Assembly (NCBI GenBank): GCA_020630175.1
Contig: JAHDBW010000001.1
Location: 52,465 to 116,464 of the forward strand
Length of the DNA: 64,000 bases
Direction: 5' to 3'
From: Anaerolineales bacterium
GTDB taxonomy: Bacteria; Chloroflexota; Anaerolineae; Anaerolineales; UBA6668
Each line of letters begins with the position of its first letter. Position 1 is the stretch's first letter. The notes under the pieces were generated by a model. It searched no databases and was not told the DNA's origin. It worked only from the letters and a program-made list of their open reading frames with translations. Below are positions 19,818 to 28,101 of the stretch, in pieces. The position numbers and the translations under genes are program-made.

Positions 19818-20786
19818 TTAGAGTTGGAACACATCCCCAGACCCATTGCCGAGGTCTATCATGGCTAAGGCGTCTTCGATCATATCGTCAAAGTAATCTT
19901 CATCTTCGTGAACGGCTTGGAATTCCAATAATTTACGGCGCGCTGTCGTGCCGCCAATTTCTCCAACAGCCCAGATTGTACTTTCTAAGACGTCAACTTC
20001 GTCGTCAAATAGCAATTCGCTGAGTTCTTCTAACAAGGCGTCTTCAGCAAACATCCCCGCCGCGATGGCAGCATTTTTGCGAACCAAGGGTGACGTATGT
20101 TCAAAGCTTTCTTCGACGTAATCTTGCCAACGTTCAAAATCGTAGCTGCGGCCCATGGCTAAGACGGCGGCGGCTTGCAGTGAAACCGTGCGGCTGACTG
20201 CATTTTCACGGATCAATTCTTCAACCTCGGTCGAGCTGATTGGGCCAAGTGAGGCAACAGCAGCGCTCCGCACGTCTTCGCTTTCATCCGTGTTACAGGC
20301 TTCTACTAAGCTGGTCTCAATGAGGTCAAGATGCGCATCTGATAAGCGCCCATCTTCCACCAGTTCTAGAAACGTAAATAGCTTTGTGGCGGCAGCGCTA
20401 CGCGTGTGCGGGTGGCTATCGTTATTGAGTGCGGCCACTAAGCCACGAATACAGCGACTGTCCTCATTGGTAACGAGGATATCGATGGCGTGTTTGCGGC
20501 CTATACCATTTTCGGTTTTCAAAGAAAAAATGGCGATTTCCTCATAGCTGAGGTGTAAGTTCTCAAGTGACAGCGCCGCCATTTGCGCCAAAAGGTCAGC
20601 TTTGATGGCAGTGGACAGCGTTTTCCAAATCGCTTTGAGCTCCGCCAAGGCATCGCCCCAAATTGAAGATAACGCTTCAAGTTGAGCGGTGGTTAACGAG
20701 GCTGGCGCTGTGCGCAGGGCAGTGAGGCCTAGCTGTGGATCAGGTAATTCAATTTCAGATGGATTGATATCAAGAATGTCAGTCAT
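19818..20786 (-). CDS. HEAT-repeat protein
   Basis: 322 aa, acidic, with repeated HEAT/PBS-lyase-like units (HPHTRSAAATKL, DVRSAAVASLG, SPLVRKNAAIAAG). Its stop is 3 nt from the downstream gene's start. Confidence 0.65.
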   Translation of the reverse strand: MTDILDINPSEIELPDPQLGLTALRTAPASLTTAQLEALSSIWGDALAELKAIWKTLSTAIKADLLAQMAALSLENLHLSYEEIAIFSLKTENGIGRKHAIDILVTNEDSRCIRGLVAALNNDSHPHTRSAAATKLFTFLELVEDGRLSDAHLDLIETSLVEACNTDESEDVRSAAVASLGPISSTEVEELIRENAVSRTVSLQAAAVLAMGRSYDFERWQDYVEESFEHTSPLVRKNAAIAAGMFAEDALLEELSELLFDDEVDVLESTIWAVGEIGGTTARRKLLEFQAVHEDEDYFDDMIEDALAMIDLGNGSGDVFQL

Positions 20787-20825
20787 ATCGGGCGTTATTT
20801 TAGTCCAAAAAGAAAAGAGGAGTCA

Positions 20826-20851
20826 TAAAAAAAGGCGACCCAAAGGTCACC
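20826..20851 (-). terminator. Rho-independent terminator (minus strand), about 180 nt downstream of the rseP stop
   Basis: The minus strand reads GGTGACC-TTTG-GGTCGCC followed by TTTTTTT. The stem is 7 bp including one G-U pair. Confidence 0.6.
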
Positions 20852-21030
20852 CGTTCGTAAACACAAATTATAAAGTAAATGTAACGATACAAGTCTAATG
20901 AAACAAAATCTCCCAGACAATTGCACTAAACGGCTGTGGGCCGCATGTGGCAACGTTCTGGGAGTGTTGAGCGTGAATGGTTACAGGTGCACAACACTAG
21001 GATTGTGCAAGAGTTTAGCGCTGTTGTGCG

Positions 21031-22359
21031 TTAGATAATCGGGTTGACAATGTCATTGACGACAAGCACAACCATCAATAGTAAGAGTAAGGCCATGCCC
21101 ATTGCGTGTACAAAGCCTTCGCGTTCGGCTGGGATGCGTTTGCCGCGAATTGCTTCAATAATCACAAACATAATCCGTCCGCCATCTAGCGCGGGCAGGG
21201 GCAGCAAGTTAGCAATGGCCAGCGCGACGCTAATAAACCCAGCCAACTGTAGCATTGGGAAAACTGAGCCAACAGCAACGGAGTCTTCTACAACAACGCG
21301 GTTGATGTCGTAAATCCCTTTGATGCTGACCAAGCGAGCTTCTTCAGGCTGCAATTGATCACGGATTAGGCGTACTGGGATCATCAATGTTTCCCGGACT
21401 TGGAAGCCAACATCACGGAAACTTTGGGTAAATGCTTGCCCAAATGGAATGTTTGACTGTACAAAATCAACATAGTTCCGACCGAGGACAATGCCTGTTG
21501 GACCCTGATTTTCTGGCCATTCAGTCCGAGGGGTTACCTCAAGCGTTTGTACTTGCCCCTGACGCATAATGTCTAAGGCAATTGGTTCGCCAAGGCTTGC
21601 TTGGGTCGCATCAATCATGTCTTGCACAGTGTTGATTGGCGCGCCATTTGCAGCAAGGAGCATGTCGTTTTCTTGCAAACCGGCTTCTGCTGCGGGGCCT
21701 GTTTCTTCAACCATGCGGATCATGACGTCGTAAATAGGCTCGGCGAGTAAAGTTGCGCCGATATAGTTAGCGCTGCCATCAGTATCAGCAATCGGGCTAA
21801 TTGAAATATCAACAACCTCGTCACCGCGGCCAAGCACTAAGTCTACAGATTGGCCAACATTATCAGCCAGGATTTGATTTAGTTGGAAGTCAGCATTGAT
21901 TGCTGTGCCATTTGCACTGCTAACAATGTCGCCTTGCTGTAGGCCTGCATCGGCTGCAATGGAGCCAGCTGCGACTTCAGCGACGCTTACGGTTGAAATT
22001 GGCACAGGTTCGCCGATCACATACATTGCAGTGAATAGCACAATGGCCAGTAAGAAGTTCATAAATGACCCTGCCGCAAGCACAATAATGCGCGCGCGCT
22101 TTGACGCAGCGGCCAGACCACCTTCAACGGCGAAGTCATCTTCGCCAGCGGGGCGCACAAAGCCCCCAATTGGCAGCCAGTTGAGCGTGAACTCAGTGCC
22201 ACGCCAGTGGCCTAAGGTCACCATTTTGGGCGGAATACCAACGCCAAATTCCTTAACATGAACGCCAACAGAAAGCGCTGCCACGTAGTGACCAAGTTCG
22301 TGAACAATAATCAGAATGCCGAATACAACAACAAACGATAGGATAGACAATAAAGACAT
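21031..22359 (-). CDS. rseP: RIP metalloprotease RseP (site-2 protease, M50)
   Basis: 442 aa with HELGHY in TM1, PDZ-like central domains and the NLLPLPALDGG motif. Confidence 0.9.
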   Translation of the reverse strand: MSLLSILSFVVVFGILIIVHELGHYVAALSVGVHVKEFGVGIPPKMVTLGHWRGTEFTLNWLPIGGFVRPAGEDDFAVEGGLAAASKRARIIVLAAGSFMNFLLAIVLFTAMYVIGEPVPISTVSVAEVAAGSIAADAGLQQGDIVSSANGTAINADFQLNQILADNVGQSVDLVLGRGDEVVDISISPIADTDGSANYIGATLLAEPIYDVMIRMVEETGPAAEAGLQENDMLLAANGAPINTVQDMIDATQASLGEPIALDIMRQGQVQTLEVTPRTEWPENQGPTGIVLGRNYVDFVQSNIPFGQAFTQSFRDVGFQVRETLMIPVRLIRDQLQPEEARLVSIKGIYDINRVVVEDSVAVGSVFPMLQLAGFISVALAIANLLPLPALDGGRIMFVIIEAIRGKRIPAEREGFVHAMGMALLLLLMVVLVVNDIVNPII

Positions 22360-22744
22360 AGAGTTTTAGAAATACCTCGATTTGATTATAGCGAGATCAG
22401 CTACCGGAGCACAACGGTACTCACCAAAATCTAAGCCTAATTCGAGTGATTTTAGAGAATATGTTGAGATTTTGCGATTTTTGGTGCATTGTGCACAACT
22501 CAAAATCAAGTCTGGTGTAATGTTATGCGAAACGTTGGAATACTCTCGCAAAAACACCCTGTTATTTGTGCAGTTTGCACATTGGGTTGTTTTGACACAA
22601 ACGCCTTGTCATACTATATTTGGTGAACATAAACGTTATATATATTTTTTTGATGGGTTGCTGTAAAAGAAAGTGGTTTGTAATCATCCACGCAGCAACC
22701 AATTTGTGAGAAATATACAATTTGACGGTTGATTTATACATTCT

Positions 22745-24379
22745 ATGCCTGATTCTTCAGTAAAAATCCCACTCTCTGACTTAGTTCGCCTTGCACTGCC
22801 TTCGGGCTCTGGTTATTTAGTTGGCGAAGCCCATCGTTCCCGTTTGGTAAATTGGACGGTAAGCGTCGGTGTGCCATTGCGCCGCGAAGAATTGATGCAA
22901 GAGGGAGATTTTGTCATTGTTGCTGTGCGGTCTGATGACCCAGACTGGGAAGCAGCAATCAAAGAATTTATTGGCTTGAACGTTGCGGCAATCGCCAGTA
23001 ATCAGCCAATCCCGCAGAGTGCTTTGCAAATTGCGAACAAGGCTGGGTTGCCGGTTGTAGGTCTGCCCGCTGGTAGTGACCTGCGCGATGCCCATCGGTT
23101 TGCATTGACTACACTGCTAAAACGTGAAGCGCAAATTGCCCAACGTACGAACGATATTTCGCGTCAACTCTTCCGTTTAGCGGCTGAAGATGTTGACCTC
23201 GACATGATCGCCACAGAGATTGCAAAGATCACTGGGCGGGGCGTTATTTTGCAAGACAAGCGCCTACGTGTGATGGTTGATAAGCCTCTGCGCGACATTG
23301 ATGAACGCGACTGGCAAAGTGTCACTAAACGGATTACAGATCCCAAACTACTGCCAGATGGTTGGACAGACCGCCGTTTTGCGGCCAAAAATCGCGGACG
23401 CGTTGAAGAGCAAGGTATTGCCGAAAAATATCAACGCTTAGTCACGCCGATTGTGGTCAAACATTTGGCGCGTGGTTATCTTTCTTTTATTGCTGGGGCA
23501 AATGAGATTGACACGTTAGACACCATGCTAATTGAGCAGGGTGCTGCCGCGTATGCAATGGCGATGTCTAAGGCAAAGGCTGTTAGCGATACGACAAAAC
23601 GGCTGCGCGGTGATTTTATCGACGCGGTTTTAGCTGGGTCGATTCCATCGGCAGAACTTGAACGCTGGGCCGGTCGGTTGGGGCATCATATTGATAGCCC
23701 GCATGCTGTTGTTGTGTTTTCTTGGGGTGAAACCAAGTCTGGGGCACCACCGTCGCAGCGGCGGCTAGAAACAATTGTGAATAGTGAAATTGGCTTGGGT
23801 CGCTTATCTGCCTTGGTGCGGAACTCTCAAGACGAAGTGGCAGCGTTTATCACGCTAGATGAACGGCTCTCAATTGGAAGCACCCGTGGCTTGGCTGAAA
23901 GCGTCTTTGAGCTAGCAGCCCAAGATTATCCGCGAACGCGCATTTATTGCGGTATTGGACGCCCAGCGCGTAACGTACACGAGTGGCCAACCTCTCATCG
24001 CGAAGCCACGCAAGCAATGGGCACCGCGCGGCGGCTTGATGAAAATCGGCCGTTGTATTTTGGCGACTTGAGCGTGCACCGCCTGTTGTTCCAATTGCAA
24101 GGCTATGAAGAGCTAGAGCAGTTCTGCAACGAAACGATTGGACCATTGTTGGAATATGACACAAAGCACAACAGCACGCTTGTTAAAACATTGTCTGTTT
24201 ACTTTGAGCATCTTGGTAACCTCACCCAAACGGCAGAAGCGTTATACATCCACCGCAATACCCTGCAATATCGGATGGAGCGGATTGGCGAAATTGCCGG
24301 TCTGGACTTAGATAACCCGGAAACGCGGCTTGCAGTTCAGTTGGCGTTGAAAGCATATAAACTCCTGCCAGAATATTGA
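22745..24379 (+). CDS. PucR/CdaR-family transcriptional regulator
   Basis: 544 aa with a C-terminal PucR-type HTH (LTQTAEALYIHRNTLQYRMERIGEIAG). Confidence 0.8.
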   Translation: MPDSSVKIPLSDLVRLALPSGSGYLVGEAHRSRLVNWTVSVGVPLRREELMQEGDFVIVAVRSDDPDWEAAIKEFIGLNVAAIASNQPIPQSALQIANKAGLPVVGLPAGSDLRDAHRFALTTLLKREAQIAQRTNDISRQLFRLAAEDVDLDMIATEIAKITGRGVILQDKRLRVMVDKPLRDIDERDWQSVTKRITDPKLLPDGWTDRRFAAKNRGRVEEQGIAEKYQRLVTPIVVKHLARGYLSFIAGANEIDTLDTMLIEQGAAAYAMAMSKAKAVSDTTKRLRGDFIDAVLAGSIPSAELERWAGRLGHHIDSPHAVVVFSWGETKSGAPPSQRRLETIVNSEIGLGRLSALVRNSQDEVAAFITLDERLSIGSTRGLAESVFELAAQDYPRTRIYCGIGRPARNVHEWPTSHREATQAMGTARRLDENRPLYFGDLSVHRLLFQLQGYEELEQFCNETIGPLLEYDTKHNSTLVKTLSVYFEHLGNLTQTAEALYIHRNTLQYRMERIGEIAGLDLDNPETRLAVQLALKAYKLLPEY

Positions 24380-24411
24380 TTTTTTGCTAGGTAATGTTTG
24401 AAAATATACAA

Positions 24412-24438
24412 GCGTCAGCAAATAGCTGGCGCTTTTTT
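24412..24438 (+). terminator. Terminator-like hairpin between pucR and proB
   Basis: GCGTCAGC (24412-24419) pairs with GCTGGCGC (24425-24432), including one G-U pair, and is followed by TTTTTT. It lies only 14 nt before the proB ATG. Confidence 0.55.
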
Positions 24439-24452
24439 GTTACAGTAGGCGT

Positions 24453-25565
24453 ATGACAGAGCTTCTCTATAAACGGATTGTTGTCAAACTGGGCACAAGT
24501 ACCTTAACTGATGGCACCATCAGGCTTGCGCCGCATCGGATTATTGAACTCGTGCGGCAAATGGCGCATTTATTAGATAACGGCGCAGAAGTGTTGCTTG
24601 TGTCTTCTGGGGCGCAGGCGGTTGGGTCTGAAGTGCTCAGCTTTCCAGATATTCCAAAAGAATTGCCGCGTAAGCAAATGCTTTCGGCTGTTGGGCAGCC
24701 AAGGTTGATGGCACTCTATGAGCAACTATTCACGCTTTATGGCAAAAACGTTGCCCAGATTTTGCTTACGCGGCAAGACATTTCACGGCGCTCTGGATTT
24801 CTGAACTCGCGCAGTACGGTGTTGGCATTGCTTAATCATGCTGTTGTGCCAATTGTGAATGAGAATGACACCGTAGCCACCGAAGAAATTCGCGTTGGTG
24901 ATAATGACAATCTCTCGGCTCAGGTTGCAGCGCTGATTGGGGCTGACTTACTGCTGATGCTTACCGATCAAGACGGTGTTTTTACCGCCGATCCGCGCAC
25001 CAATCCGCAGGCTGAACTGGTGCCAGTCGTCGATACGGCTGAAATCCCCGCCGCGCTTTGGAATGCAGCTGGTACGGGCGGGTTGCTAGGCACAGGCGGG
25101 ATGGCAACCAAGTTACAGGCGGCTGACCTAGCGCGCCGCTCTGGTGTCACCACGATTATTGCTAGTGGGCGGGTTGATAATGTGATTCAACGCGTTGCCT
25201 TTGGCGAAGTGATGGGGACGCGCTTTACGCCCGTTGTGTCTTATTTAGAAAGCCGCAAGCGCTATATTCTTGCCGGTTGGGACAAAAAGTCTAGCTTGAC
25301 GATTGATGCGGGAGCGGCACACGCCTTACAAAAGGGCGGTAGCTTATTACCCGTTGGCATTCGCGCGGTCGCTGGCGCGTTTGAGCGTGGTGATACCGTT
25401 GTCGTGTATGATCAAAATCAGCACGAGATTGGCCGCGGACTAGTGAATTACAATCGCAGTGAGCTACTAAAAATATTAGGACAAAATTCAACAGAAATTG
25501 AAACAATATTAGGATATGCGTATGGCGACGAAGCGATCCATCGTGATTATCTGATTTTGAAATAA
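24453..25565 (+). CDS. proB: Glutamate 5-kinase with C-terminal PUA domain
   Basis: 370 aa with the motifs VVKLGTS, VSSGA and NENDT, plus a PUA tail. Confidence 0.95.
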   Translation: MTELLYKRIVVKLGTSTLTDGTIRLAPHRIIELVRQMAHLLDNGAEVLLVSSGAQAVGSEVLSFPDIPKELPRKQMLSAVGQPRLMALYEQLFTLYGKNVAQILLTRQDISRRSGFLNSRSTVLALLNHAVVPIVNENDTVATEEIRVGDNDNLSAQVAALIGADLLLMLTDQDGVFTADPRTNPQAELVPVVDTAEIPAALWNAAGTGGLLGTGGMATKLQAADLARRSGVTTIIASGRVDNVIQRVAFGEVMGTRFTPVVSYLESRKRYILAGWDKKSSLTIDAGAAHALQKGGSLLPVGIRAVAGAFERGDTVVVYDQNQHEIGRGLVNYNRSELLKILGQNSTEIETILGYAYGDEAIHRDYLILK

Positions 25566-25575
25566 GGGAAATAGA

Positions 25576-26835
25576 ATGGTCGATTTGATTTCAATGGGGC
25601 AACGCTCAAAAGCGGCAGCCCGAATAATGGCAGTTGCTTCAAACGCGCAGAAAGTTGCTGCACTAGACGCTTTAATCGCAGGGTTGCAGTCCAATGAAGC
25701 CGCAATTCTGGCTGAAAACGCAGTTGATGTGGCTGCTGCAAAAGCAAACAATACAAGTGAAGCCTTGGTGGAACGCCTAACATTGTTCCCTGCACGGTTA
25801 GCCGGTATTGCAAATGATGTGCGCACAGTTGCCGCGTTGCCTGACCCTATCGGGACAACCTTTGACGAGAAGACACTGCCCAACGGGTTAGAAATTTGCC
25901 GCCAACGGGTACCTTTAGGCACAATGGGCGTTATTTATGAATCGCGCCCCAATGTCACAATTGATATTGCTGCACTTGCAATTAAGACAGGTAATACCGC
26001 TATTTTGCGCGGCGGCAGTGACAATTTGCGCTCTAATCAGGCCCTGATGAAGGTAGTGCACGCGGCGTTAGAAACTGCTGGGCTGCCCGCCGATACGGTC
26101 CTACTAATTGAAGATACTGACCGCAAATATGTTGGCGAGATGCTCACATTGCATGAGTACATCGACATTATCATCCCGCGTGGTGGGCACAGGCTGCATG
26201 CGTTTTGCCGTGAAAACAGCACCATTCCGGTGATCACTGGCGGCATTGGAATTTGCCACGCTTATGTTGATACGACCGCAGATCTTGACGCGGCAATTCC
26301 CGTGCTTATCAATGGCAAAACACAGCGTCCATCGGTTTGTAACACGCTAGACACAGTTCTTGTGAATAAGGCGATTGCGGCTGAATTCTTGCCTAAGGTT
26401 ATTTCTGAACTAGGTGCGTTAGGGGTTGTGTTCAAAGCTGAGCCGCGCGCACTCGCGAGTTTAGACACTGTGCCTGATTCGGTTAGCGCTGCTGGCCCAG
26501 ACGATTTTTCTACGGAATGGATGGCGCTAATTCTCGGTCTAAAAGTTGTTGACGACCTAGACGAAGCCATTGCCCATATCAATGAAAATAGTATGGGGCA
26601 CTCTGATGCGATTCTTTCTGCTACGCCAGAAAACATTGAGAAATTTGTGAACAACGTTGATTCATCGGCGGTGATGGTCAATGCTAGCACGCGCTTCAAT
26701 GATGGGGCGCAGTTGGGGCTAGGCGCTGAGGTTGCCGTTAGCACGCAGCGTTTACATGCCCGTGGCCCAATGGGGCTGCCAGAACTGACCACCTATAAAT
26801 GGGTTGTCCGTGGTGATTACACAACCCGCGCCTAA
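25576..26835 (+). CDS. proA: Glutamate-5-semialdehyde dehydrogenase
   Basis: 419 aa with GVIYESRPNVT and the catalytic Cys context PSVCNTLDT. It starts 10 nt after proB. Confidence 0.95.
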   Translation: MVDLISMGQRSKAAARIMAVASNAQKVAALDALIAGLQSNEAAILAENAVDVAAAKANNTSEALVERLTLFPARLAGIANDVRTVAALPDPIGTTFDEKTLPNGLEICRQRVPLGTMGVIYESRPNVTIDIAALAIKTGNTAILRGGSDNLRSNQALMKVVHAALETAGLPADTVLLIEDTDRKYVGEMLTLHEYIDIIIPRGGHRLHAFCRENSTIPVITGGIGICHAYVDTTADLDAAIPVLINGKTQRPSVCNTLDTVLVNKAIAAEFLPKVISELGALGVVFKAEPRALASLDTVPDSVSAAGPDDFSTEWMALILGLKVVDDLDEAIAHINENSMGHSDAILSATPENIEKFVNNVDSSAVMVNASTRFNDGAQLGLGAEVAVSTQRLHARGPMGLPELTTYKWVVRGDYTTRA

Positions 26836-26861
26836 TTATCGCAACATCAAGCCAGTCTTAA

Positions 26862-26899
26862 ATAAAAGAGCCGCTACAGCGCTGTAGCGGCTCTTTTTT
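26862..26899. terminator. Bidirectional terminator between proA and the purA-like gene
   Basis: A near-perfect palindrome, GAGCCGCTACAGC/GCTGTAGCGGCTC, is flanked by an A-run and a T-run. Confidence 0.85.
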
Positions 26900-26920
26900 A
26901 TTGCATTGCAAGTTTGGAAA

Positions 26921-27943
26921 CTAAGGGCGTGGAACGTCCTTGATATCAATGATGTGATCAAAGAGCTTGCCAGTTTCAATAATGGTGACAGGCACGCCAG
27001 TTTCTTTTTCTACGGTCTTGATGAGGTCCCACACTTTTGGTGTGATTTGATCAACGGTGACTGCATTGGCACATTCAGGATCGTAGTGATCAATAAAGGT
27101 CATTGCAATTTCGGTTGGGCCGTTGAGCATACAAGAGTAGCGCAGCATGTCGTAAGGAATGCTTTCGGCTTTACGGCGCAAGCGACCGCTAACTACACCG
27201 TATTCATCGATGCCGCGTTTTTTGATTTCTTCAGGATCAATTTCGCCTGGCAATGGTCCTTCGCCAACCCGTGAAGGGACAGCTTTCACGATTAGGCAGC
27301 AACCATCAATCAGTTGCCAGTTTAGGCCAACGTCATCAGCGGCTGCAGCTGCTGTACAGTTGTCTGAGGTTACAAACGGATAGTCTGGCGAAAGAGCCAA
27401 AGAGAGGTAAGTGCCCTGTGAACACTCAACAATCACTAAGCCTTCTTTTGCTGCATCGTTGACCATTTGGGCAACGTCGCCAGCATAAGGTTTGAGTGAG
27501 TCGATATCACGCGCTTGCTTTGCTTTCCGCAAGACAAAATCAACCCGTGCTGCACCAGAGCCACTTTTGGTTGACCCAACGGTGTCTGCTAAGTGTGCGC
27601 TATTGGTTTCGCGTTCGCGATGTTCTGGCAAAATGACAGGACAGCGATAGTCCACGGTAATGCGGTCTGAAACGCCATAGCGTTCAACTTCATCTGCAAA
27701 GATTTCTGGATCGACAGCAACGCCAGATCCAATCACAATTTTTGTGCCAGGGTTCATAAACCCGAGTGGTAATTGACGGGTCTTGATCAATTCTCCATCA
27801 CTCATATAAATGCTGTGACCAGCGTTTGTACCGATCCCGGCACGTGCACACACTAGAGCATTGTCGCGTTTTGACATCCAAGCTGCGATTTTGCCTTTCC
27901 CTGAGTCACCCCAGAATGCATCAATGACGATTACTGCGCCCAT
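26921..27943 (-). CDS. purA: Adenylosuccinate synthetase, short archaeal-type form
   Basis: 340 aa. The P-loop is GDSGKGK (WGDSGKGKIAAW), followed by GTNAGHS and the TKSGSGAA context. Length and segment pattern match the ~340-aa archaeal PurA class rather than ~430-aa bacterial PurA. Confidence 0.7.
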   Translation of the reverse strand: MGAVIVIDAFWGDSGKGKIAAWMSKRDNALVCARAGIGTNAGHSIYMSDGELIKTRQLPLGFMNPGTKIVIGSGVAVDPEIFADEVERYGVSDRITVDYRCPVILPEHRERETNSAHLADTVGSTKSGSGAARVDFVLRKAKQARDIDSLKPYAGDVAQMVNDAAKEGLVIVECSQGTYLSLALSPDYPFVTSDNCTAAAAADDVGLNWQLIDGCCLIVKAVPSRVGEGPLPGEIDPEEIKKRGIDEYGVVSGRLRRKAESIPYDMLRYSCMLNGPTEIAMTFIDHYDPECANAVTVDQITPKVWDLIKTVEKETGVPVTIIETGKLFDHIIDIKDVPRP

Positions 27944-28035
27944 TTTCTTTTTCCTTTTTGAAAAAAATGTTTATCGAACGCTACAAAGCGTTACGTTATT
28001 TCACTTACTCTGATTTGTTGCTATCAACTTAGGTT

Positions 28036-28069
28036 ACAAACAAAACCCGGCCAATTGTAGACCGGGTTT
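28036..28069 (-). terminator. Terminator-like hairpin (minus strand) after the LysM/zinc-ribbon gene
   Basis: The minus strand reads AAACCCGG-tctacaattgg-CCGGGTTT followed by TGTTTG. The U-tract is interrupted. Confidence 0.45.
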
Positions 28070-28101
28070 GTGTGCATTATTTTGTTCGGACTGCCTAAAG
28101 A

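Noticed and set aside
22366-22666. 63-aa (minus) and 94-aa (plus) ORFs filling the rseP-pucR intergenic region.
   Set aside because: The DNA is AT-rich promoter-type sequence. The ORFs overlap each other on opposite strands, lack ribosome-binding sites, and have low-complexity or unnatural sequences. The region is better explained as a divergent regulatory spacer.
24380-24452. A possible T-box or riboswitch leader in front of proBA.
   Set aside because: The spacer is only 73 nt, far too short for a T-box (over 200 nt) or any riboswitch aptamer I know. It is retained only as a simple hairpin observation.
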